From positions 1-34,225 of IMG/VR virus record IMGVR_UViG_3300032136_000014: a DNA stretch of 34,225 nucleotides; one strand, written 5' to 3'. Source of the DNA: a virus. Lineage: Duplodnaviria; Caudoviricetes. The notes beneath the pieces were generated by a model, which searched no databases, had not been told where the DNA came from, and worked only from the letters and a program-made list of their open reading frames with translations. Both the position numbers and the translations under genes were made by a program. Positions 24,308-31,165 of the stretch are shown piece after piece (position 1 is the stretch's first letter; the number at the start of each line of letters is the position of its first letter).

Positions 24308-25114
24308 ATGTCATCGATAAGAAAGCGTCTGGAAGTCAACGCCAATGACTCCAAGAATACCAGAATGGATATTGCAGGAGCCGGCTACTACGGCGATTTC
24401 CGCGCTGATATCCTGGCCCATATGAGCCGCTTCAGTAAGATTGCACAGCTGATGGTGGAGGAGGCCAAGCGACTTGGCCGGCCGCTCTCGCTGCTGGACA
24501 TCGGATGCGGCGGAGCTTTTCCCATCAAGGTGCTGTACAAGGCTTACGTAGTGCGTAAGGCAGAGATCGTCAAGAGCTATCGCGGCATCGACATCGACCC
24601 GGTGGTGCTGGAGCTCGAGGATGAGTTCGCCACCATGATGAAGACTATGAATATGTCCATCGACATCCAAGACCTGACGGTCGACCCAGAGATCAAGCTG
24701 AAGCGATCGTCAGTTGACTTCTTCTGGACAACGGAAGTTATCGAGCACATGAAGCCGGAGTTTATCGCACCCTGGTTGGACGAGGCGCACCGCGTTCTCA
24801 AGAAGGGTGGACTGATCTACGTGTCGACGCCGAACCATGACGGCAGCAACAAGAAGCTGCCTGAGGACCACGTGTACGAATGGGGCTTCGAGGAGCTGAA
24901 GACCGAACTCACTAAACGGTGGAAGCTGCAAGAGGTCACTGGCACCTTCATTCAGATACCGAAGTTCCGCGCTGCTAACCGTAAGCATGGCCGTATCCCT
25001 CAGGAGTTGGTCGACGCGTATACAGCTCGGTTTGACGGTAACTGGCTGCGCAATGTCTTGGCAGCACCATACCCTGAGTACGCTAACAATTGTGCGTGGA
25101 TCCTGCGCAAGTGA
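24308..25114 (+). CDS. Class I SAM-dependent methyltransferase (small-molecule/O-methyltransferase type)
   Basis: LLDIGCGG, YRGIDID, TEVIEHM, RVLKKGGLIYVSTPN, HVYEW; no DPPY/NPPY or PC DNA-methylase motif. Confidence 0.88.
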   Translation: MSSIRKRLEVNANDSKNTRMDIAGAGYYGDFRADILAHMSRFSKIAQLMVEEAKRLGRPLSLLDIGCGGAFPIKVLYKAYVVRKAEIVKSYRGIDIDPVVLELEDEFATMMKTMNMSIDIQDLTVDPEIKLKRSSVDFFWTTEVIEHMKPEFIAPWLDEAHRVLKKGGLIYVSTPNHDGSNKKLPEDHVYEWGFEELKTELTKRWKLQEVTGTFIQIPKFRAANRKHGRIPQELVDAYTARFDGNWLRNVLAAPYPEYANNCAWILRK

Positions 25115-25986
25115 TAGCCTACCAACCGCTTCTGCAGTGGATGCAGGAGCGGCACTCCATATACCTACGGCGAGCCGAAGGGAAGCCGGCTCCGTGGACC
25201 GACGATCCTATTTTGCAGTCTTACAGGTTTACGAACGTGCGTCGTGAACTAGACAAGGTGAGTGTGGATCTCATCAACATTCTAAACAATCACCACGACG
25301 CACCTGACGATCAAATACTATTCAATATTTTAGTTTACCGAATCTTCAACCTGCCACACGTGTACCGAACGCTAGCAGGGTCAAAGGTATGGATCACACG
25401 CTGGAGACCAAACCAAGCTATCGGTAGGTTGTCGCTCCTACAGGATCAGGGTAAGCGCATCTTCACTGGAGCATACATGATGAACGCAGTCGGCAGTGAC
25501 GGCCAGCGTAAACACATCATGTACGTAGATCGACTATCCATGATGTACAGAGATCGTAAACTTGTCGTAAGTGCCATACGGCGGCACAATAGCATTCAGC
25601 ATGCCGTTAACCTTCTGTCTCAGTACCGAAACATTGGTCAGTTCGTAGCCTATGAGTTTGCAACAGACCTTACCTACACTTCGATACTCAGCAGAGCTGA
25701 CGACCTCTATACGTGGGCAAACCCTGGTCCCGGTGCAAGTCGTGGTTTGTGCAGACTACTTGGTCGGCCCGTTAAGTTGAACATGAAAGCAGAGGAGGCG
25801 GTACCTTATATGCAAACCCTTCTCAGTTGCATATCTCGGGACGTGCCTGCAAGCTTCTGGGGTAGGCGTCTTACCATGCGCGATATTGAGCACTCTCTAT
25901 GCGAGTTCGATAAGTATGAGCGAGTGCGGTTAGGCGAAGGTAGGCCGCGTGCTAAGTTCAGAAAAGGAAAAGGTAAAGAAAAGTGA
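25111..25986 (+). CDS. aGPT-Pplase1 / 5-hmdU DNA kinase helical-domain family protein (DNA base hypermodification)
   Basis: ERHSIY.RR..G.P.PWTDDPIL..YRFTNVRRELD, YRIFN, FTGAY, GQFVAYEFATDL, GPGASRGL, DIEHSLCEFDKY; start GTG 25111 (GTGA overlap). Confidence 0.85.
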   Translation: MIAYQPLLQWMQERHSIYLRRAEGKPAPWTDDPILQSYRFTNVRRELDKVSVDLINILNNHHDAPDDQILFNILVYRIFNLPHVYRTLAGSKVWITRWRPNQAIGRLSLLQDQGKRIFTGAYMMNAVGSDGQRKHIMYVDRLSMMYRDRKLVVSAIRRHNSIQHAVNLLSQYRNIGQFVAYEFATDLTYTSILSRADDLYTWANPGPGASRGLCRLLGRPVKLNMKAEEAVPYMQTLLSCISRDVPASFWGRRLTMRDIEHSLCEFDKYERVRLGEGRPRAKFRKGKGKEK

Positions 25987-26990
25987 AGACATTTACAGTG
26001 AGAGATACAAACGAAGCCATGTACCCTGTATACAGCTATCTATGGTTGCATGGCGTTAAAGAAGACAGCAGAAACGGTCTAGTGCTACGTGCCCCGGAGC
26101 CGGTGACAATCACCTACACCAATCCACTTGATCGCGTGAACCTCTCTTCAATCCGCGATGCTAACCCTGCATTTCACTTACTTGAAGGTGTGTGGATGTT
26201 GTCCGGCTCTAACAGGCTGGCCCCAATAGCCAGGATCGTGCCGACTATCACTGACTATAGCGACGACGGTGAAACAAGTAACGCCGCTTATGGTCACCGT
26301 GCCATCAACCACTTCGGGGTTGACCAGCTAATGGAAGTTGGGTCACTACTGCGGCATGAACCGTTGAGCAGGCAGGCAGTGGTACAGCTTTGGGATGCGG
26401 CTGATTTAGTGAAGAGTACTAAGGACAAGGCTTGCAACATGCAGTTGGTGTTCTCATTCAACGCACGAAGCAATCAGTTAGATATGCTCATCTACAACCG
26501 AAGTAATGATGCGGTGTGGGGCGGTGTGTCCGGCGCTAACGTGGCGCACATGCCGTTCTTTCTGGAGTACGTTTCTAGGATAGCCGGCCTTTCCCCAGGT
26601 AGTATTACGGTGGTCAGCGCTAACTTGCACATGTACTTAGACAATCCGAAAGTGGAAAAGCTTCTGGACCACTACACCTCCAACCTATCGGACGAGCCGT
26701 ACAAGCAAGGTATCGTGCATCGTTTGGATCTATTTCAAGCCCATGAGTCATGGATGTCCTTAGAGCGCAATGCCAAGAATATCTGCAATTGGTTCGAAAA
26801 GGCACGCACTGATCTGGCACTGCCAATTGTGGAGAATAACTTTCTTCAATTCACGGTAGTTCCTTTGCTTGCCAGCTGGCTAACGCACAAGAACGGTAAC
26901 ACTAAGCAGGCAATATCGAAGTGCAGCAACATTGAAGCTAGCGATTGGCGCAAGGCCATGGAGTTGTGGCTCTACAGGAGGTTGCCATGA
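25983..26990 (+). CDS. Thymidylate-synthase-fold enzyme, probable dUMP hydroxymethylase
   Basis: SRNG, YGHR, SRQAV, catalytic C in DKACN, RSND..WG....AN (Asn at the dUMP-specificity position), NLHMY. Confidence 0.8.
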   Translation: MKTFTVRDTNEAMYPVYSYLWLHGVKEDSRNGLVLRAPEPVTITYTNPLDRVNLSSIRDANPAFHLLEGVWMLSGSNRLAPIARIVPTITDYSDDGETSNAAYGHRAINHFGVDQLMEVGSLLRHEPLSRQAVVQLWDAADLVKSTKDKACNMQLVFSFNARSNQLDMLIYNRSNDAVWGGVSGANVAHMPFFLEYVSRIAGLSPGSITVVSANLHMYLDNPKVEKLLDHYTSNLSDEPYKQGIVHRLDLFQAHESWMSLERNAKNICNWFEKARTDLALPIVENNFLQFTVVPLLASWLTHKNGNTKQAISKCSNIEASDWRKAMELWLYRRLP

Positions 26991-27493
26991 AGTCACTACA
27001 ATTCTGCTTAGCCGGTGGTAATGTTATGCGGTACCACACCCACGCACATACAGCTCGCCATCAGACCGTTGCTGAACACAGCTTCCGCGCCTACCACGTA
27101 GCCATGTACTTGACAGACGGTGACGTTACACCGAATGTTGTGCATGAACTACTGCACCATGATGTTGCTGAAGCCTACACCGGAGACACGCCTTACCCGG
27201 CCAAGAGGTCTTCTTCATCGCTGAAAAAAGCACTGGACAAGTTAGAGGCGTCGAAACGTACCGAGTACAATCTTTATTTTCCCATATCGAAAGCTGATGA
27301 GAAGTTTGTGAAGCTCTGCGACATGGTAGAGATGGGCCTGTACGCTACTGAGCAGGTTGAAGCCGGTGCTAAACAATATCAAGGTGTGGTCGATAACGTC
27401 TTAGAGTGGTTAGACCTAACTACCCACAGTCTCGATGCAGACATCGCATTGAGGTTGCAAAAACTCTACAACTACATGAGGACAGTAAAGTGA
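26987..27493 (+). CDS. HD-domain deoxynucleotide phosphohydrolase (YfbR/DatZ-like)
   Basis: RYH, QTVAEHSF, LHHDVAEAYTGD.P.PAK, VKLCD; start ATG 26987 with AGGAGG RBS. Confidence 0.85.
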   Translation: MKSLQFCLAGGNVMRYHTHAHTARHQTVAEHSFRAYHVAMYLTDGDVTPNVVHELLHHDVAEAYTGDTPYPAKRSSSSLKKALDKLEASKRTEYNLYFPISKADEKFVKLCDMVEMGLYATEQVEAGAKQYQGVVDNVLEWLDLTTHSLDADIALRLQKLYNYMRTVK

Positions 27494-27912
27494 GAGCCAA
27501 CGATATTCAAGTTGACGGAAACCACTACCAGAAAGGCACGCTTCAGCATTGGGATGTGATGATCATTATGAGAACGCACTACATGCCCGGCTGTGCATCG
27601 AAGTACCTGCTGCGACACCAGGACAAGAATGGTCTATTAGACCTGCAGAAGGCGCAGCACTTCCTGCAGAAGATGATAGAGTGTGCCGGTGAGTACTTTC
27701 GACCGAATGAAAATTATCAGCCGATATTGGTTGAAGGGCTTTTGGCTACCCACGGCACACCGCCTGCACTGCACTCAGTGATCCGGGCGATTCTTGACCC
27801 TAAGAAAAGTGTCGGTGAACTAGAGTTGGCCAGTATACAGCTAACCGACTACGTGGCCGGTTACGAAGCAGATGAGTGTGACGCCACTCACAGGTACACC
27901 AACCAGGGTTGA
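27490..27912 (+). CDS. DUF3310 family protein (T7 gp1.7-like putative nucleotide kinase)
   Basis: ANDIQVDGNHY, KYLLRHQDKNGLLDLQKAQHFL; start GTG 27490 (GTGA overlap). Confidence 0.8.
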   Translation: MRANDIQVDGNHYQKGTLQHWDVMIIMRTHYMPGCASKYLLRHQDKNGLLDLQKAQHFLQKMIECAGEYFRPNENYQPILVEGLLATHGTPPALHSVIRAILDPKKSVGELELASIQLTDYVAGYEADECDATHRYTNQG

Positions 27913-27938
27913 GACGGCCGGCTGTAAGCGCCGTGGCG

Positions 27939-27968
27939 GGGCGGTAGGGGTGTGGGCGGTAGGGGTGT
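27939..27968 (+). repeat. Tandem 15-bp repeat GGGCGGTAGGGGTGT x2
   Basis: Read directly in the convergent intergenic gap. Confidence 0.85.
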
Positions 27969-28036
27969 GGAGGCTACCAAGAGATCGCCTTACCTGCGTA
28001 AACTGGGCCGGCCAGCTTAGGCGATCACACCCCTAT

Positions 28037-28606
28037 CTAAGCCTCTTGCCAGCTGTCGACGACCTCAGGCCGGTCTAACCGCACCAGAGTGTCAGCTACG
28101 GCCCGTACAGCTACCGCCCTTTGGCGCTGGATGGTGCCCTTTCGGTGGATGAAATCGGGCTCAATGATCACAGCTGCGGGCCGGGTCCGGGCCAGGAACC
28201 AGTCCGGGCCGTTCTCCGGGCTCAGGCGGTACCATCCTTCCTTGATGCCCCGATCAGGGGGGAACAGCCCGGAGATCGCCTCCTGAACCCCCTGGGCCAC
28301 GATCCTGCCCCGCTTGCTCCCCGGATAGTAGAGCGTCTCGCTACCGCGCCCGACCCGCCGCCCCTGCTCATCAGCAGCGCCATTAAAATGGATTTCCACC
28401 GCGATGTCGGACTGCCCCGCCCAGCTATTGATAAAGGTGGTCTTTGTCGCCAGGCTTCCGCTGGGCACTGCCATCGCCTCGCCACCATGCTGGCAGATCT
28501 CATAGAGCAGGAGTGAGGCCCAGATCTGAGCCTCCGGCCACTCGGCAAAGCCCTGGTGACTCGCACCCTGGGCCTCCTGATGATGACCCGCAGAGACGAA
28601 GATCAC
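28037..28606 (-). CDS. Endolysin, N-acetylmuramoyl-L-alanine amidase (Amidase_3)
   Basis: IFVSAGH, E, VEIHFN, GSETLY, AVIIEP zinc-amidase motifs. Confidence 0.88.
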   Translation of the reverse strand: MIFVSAGHHQEAQGASHQGFAEWPEAQIWASLLLYEICQHGGEAMAVPSGSLATKTTFINSWAGQSDIAVEIHFNGAADEQGRRVGRGSETLYYPGSKRGRIVAQGVQEAISGLFPPDRGIKEGWYRLSPENGPDWFLARTRPAAVIIEPDFIHRKGTIQRQRAVAVRAVADTLVRLDRPEVVDSWQEA

Positions 28607-29082
28607 GCCGGGAAGCTCGGGTCAGTGCTGGGGTCATAAGCCCGCACTGCAGCAATGGGGGCGGTGCGTACCTGGACGATCTTGGCCTTTGCGTAGACGT
28701 AGATGTCTCTCACCACTGCAAGGTTGCTGCCGTCTATCGGCGGGTTGGCCATGGACCCTTGCACCATCTCGATCATGAGCCCGATCATCTCCAGATCAGC
28801 GAGGGCCGGCACCAGCGCCTCGATGCGCTCAAGGGCCAAGGTTCTGATCTCCTGCTCCTTCGCCGCCCGGTCGGTAGACTCTGAGCGCTGCGCAGCCAGG
28901 GCGATAAGGGCCGCTTTGAGCGTTCCGGCATTGACGCGACGATCCTCATCGTCAGGGTAGGTGATACGGGGCAGTCCGTCTACCTCCTCCTCCAGGTAGG
29001 CATCGGTGATGTCAGCAGGGTCGGGCTCCTCACCTCTCCAAGAGCACGGGATCCCCTGAGCTTCGAGTACCTCGATAATCAT
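28603..29082 (-). CDS. Hypothetical tail-associated protein (possible fibre assembly chaperone)
   Basis: Follows the fibre-like gene with 4-bp overlaps on both sides; helical C-terminus ending YDPSTDPSFPA. Confidence 0.5.
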   Translation of the reverse strand: MIIEVLEAQGIPCSWRGEEPDPADITDAYLEEEVDGLPRITYPDDEDRRVNAGTLKAALIALAAQRSESTDRAAKEQEIRTLALERIEALVPALADLEMIGLMIEMVQGSMANPPIDGSNLAVVRDIYVYAKAKIVQVRTAPIAAVRAYDPSTDPSFPA

Positions 29083-29600
29083 ACCATCACCTCCATACTT
29101 GCAATCGCACCGTTCTGTATCTTGGCGCTGGTGCCCATGTTGATTCGATAGGTCTGTATCGCCACGGTGCGAGATCCTGAAGCAACAACCGTCTTGATCC
29201 CGGCCAGGGGGATTGCTGCGCCTCGACTCTCCGCATGGATATCCACTGACCCGGTCGATACCACGGTGCCATCGATCGTCAAACGAGCGTGGAAGCTGCC
29301 GTTGACTGCCGAACCACTACCCGCCATGGTGACCATTGCCTGCGCAGCAACAGAACTGCCGCTATGGATGACCGTGATCGTGTCGGTCAAATAGTTTGCG
29401 AACGAGGTGCCGATGGAAGCCCGCACCGTTGACGACACCATCTCAATATTGGTCTTGATGGTGTCGTCTAATGCTGGCAGGGTGATCTTCGGCGCACCGC
29501 TATCGCCTGCCGCCAGCGCCTCGAAGTTGTCGTCCAGGTTGGTCATCTGCGCCGAGGTCAGCACAGAGCCAAACGGGAAGGATAGGTTTGTCCAAGTCAT
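29079..29600 (-). CDS. Putative tail fibre / receptor-binding protein
   Basis: TWTNLSFPFGSVLTSAQMTNLDDNFEALAAG anchor-like N-terminus, beta-rich Ser/Thr C-terminus; follows tail-tip genes. Confidence 0.6.
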   Translation of the reverse strand: MTWTNLSFPFGSVLTSAQMTNLDDNFEALAAGDSGAPKITLPALDDTIKTNIEMVSSTVRASIGTSFANYLTDTITVIHSGSSVAAQAMVTMAGSGSAVNGSFHARLTIDGTVVSTGSVDIHAESRGAAIPLAGIKTVVASGSRTVAIQTYRINMGTSAKIQNGAIASMEVMV

Positions 29601-29609
29601 GGGGTTACC

Positions 29610-30812
29610 TCAAGTCAATATGTCGCTGGAATCCAGCGCCGAGTAGTCGAGAACGAAAGCATCTACCAAGGTGACATTGTGTACCGATAGCCCGACCAGG
29701 AGCTTTTCAAGATCCACCGTTTTCTCAAGCACCCGGTAGCCGCCGTTGATCAGGGTCTGCGGATCGTAGATGTTGATCGGATCCCCCACCTCTGGCCCCA
29801 GGCCGTACAGGGTGGTGCTTAGGTCGACCTCTTTATGCGGAACACCATACAGATTGGTGCGGCGCTGGCCCAGGCTTTGCGCTGAGGAGCTGCCGACTAG
29901 CCAGAGGATCTCCTCATCGAACAGGACCTCGTAAGGCCCGTAGCTGTTGACGCTCGCGCTATCTGCAATGATCACCACCGTCTCGTGGGTATCGCTCCCC
30001 GTATTCCAATCGGCGTTAACGAACACCTTGTTCTGGATCTCGTTCTCGTCGACGACCACTGAGGTCGCTATGAACTGCCCAGGGGTAAACGAGTTGACCA
30101 GGGTGTCAGCGATTGAGAACCGCTTGAAGGAGAGCTTGTTGTTGTGATCAACATAGATAGCAGTATCCGCGAGCTTACCAAGAACCGTCAGGGCCTCGCT
30201 GACCTTCTCCCCCCTGAACTCTCCGCCCATGCGCACGGCATCGGAAGACATCGCGGCCGTCCAGCTGTTGAAGCTCGAATAATCGATGTCAGGGTTGGAG
30301 CTATCTTGCGTACTTGAATACCCGCCGTAACAGGTGACCAGGGTCCAGGCGATGTCATGGGCGTAGTAGATCGAACTCGGATCGCTGAACTCCACCGGGG
30401 TTTCGTCGGTGCCTATCAGACGCCTAGTGAGCTTGTCCCATTTATCGGTGATGTTCAGATCAACCCGGCCCTTGGAGTAGTTGAGCCGGTCGATGTTGCC
30501 CTGGAACAAGGTCAGGTACTCAGCGTCCAGGCCCAGTTGAATCTTGGCGTCCCTGGTCAGGTGCAGGCCGTCTGCGTGCAGGCGATTGAAAAAGCCATCT
30601 GCATTGCTCAGCGTCACCTTGGTGTTGTTCGGGGCGAAGTCGTTCCACGAGTGCTTGAACTTCGGCCACTTGATCACCCGCTCTGAAACATCGACATTAT
30701 TGAACCAGTAACTGGAGCCATCGGTCGTCGAGATATCAACCAGGAGACGCCGCTCAGGTCGCAGGTGGTTCTCCTGCAGGGTGGCCAGGAATGAGGAGCT
30801 TGCATCTAACAT
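29610..30812 (-). CDS. Tail tip / baseplate hub-like minor tail protein
   Basis: VTLSNADGFF, LFQGNID, DSASVNSYG, EVGDPINI patterns; second gene after the tape measure. Confidence 0.7.
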   Translation of the reverse strand: MLDASSSFLATLQENHLRPERRLLVDISTTDGSSYWFNNVDVSERVIKWPKFKHSWNDFAPNNTKVTLSNADGFFNRLHADGLHLTRDAKIQLGLDAEYLTLFQGNIDRLNYSKGRVDLNITDKWDKLTRRLIGTDETPVEFSDPSSIYYAHDIAWTLVTCYGGYSSTQDSSNPDIDYSSFNSWTAAMSSDAVRMGGEFRGEKVSEALTVLGKLADTAIYVDHNNKLSFKRFSIADTLVNSFTPGQFIATSVVVDENEIQNKVFVNADWNTGSDTHETVVIIADSASVNSYGPYEVLFDEEILWLVGSSSAQSLGQRRTNLYGVPHKEVDLSTTLYGLGPEVGDPINIYDPQTLINGGYRVLEKTVDLEKLLVGLSVHNVTLVDAFVLDYSALDSSDILT

Positions 30813-31165
30813 CAGTAGGTGCTCAGTTCTATGGTGCCCCGGAACAGGTCGGTATAGGGCTGCTCGTATCGATCCACCGGGGTCTTCTTGCCGAGCAGGA
30901 TCATGGTGCTGACATCGGTGCAGTTAACATGGGTGAAGGCTTGCAGCACGGCCTTGCCTCCCCACCAACTATTGACCTGCACCTTGTCGGCGTTTGATAG
31001 ATAGCGAACGCCAAACTTGAATCGGCGGAAGTTGCCGAAGTAGTAGGTGAATAGCGACCCGTCGGCAGTGCGCTGCTCGGTACCGGCCAGTTCGCTTTCT
31101 TCCTTGAAGTCATACTCAGGATAAAGTACCACTTCGGTTCCTGCTGAATCCTGTAATACAAACAT
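30812..31165 (-). CDS. Distal tail protein-like
   Basis: 117 aa directly after the tape measure; QRTADGSLFTY and FRGTIELSTY patterns. Confidence 0.6.
   Translation of the reverse strand: MFVLQDSAGTEVVLYPEYDFKEESELAGTEQRTADGSLFTYYFGNFRRFKFGVRYLSNADKVQVNSWWGGKAVLQAFTHVNCTDVSTMILLGKKTPVDRYEQPYTDLFRGTIELSTY

Noticed and set aside
24308-25114. Anti-restriction DNA adenine or cytosine methyltransferase
   Set aside because: Lacks DPPY/NPPY and PC/ENV catalytic motifs.
26987-27493. DatZ-like HD enzyme as a sign of a 2-aminoadenine (Z) genome
   Set aside because: No PurZ/adenylosuccinate synthetase-like ORF seen; the neighbours point to pyrimidine modification.
28603-30812. Diversity-generating retroelement or invertible tail-fibre cassette
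   Set aside because: No reverse transcriptase, invertase or template/variable repeat pair seen.
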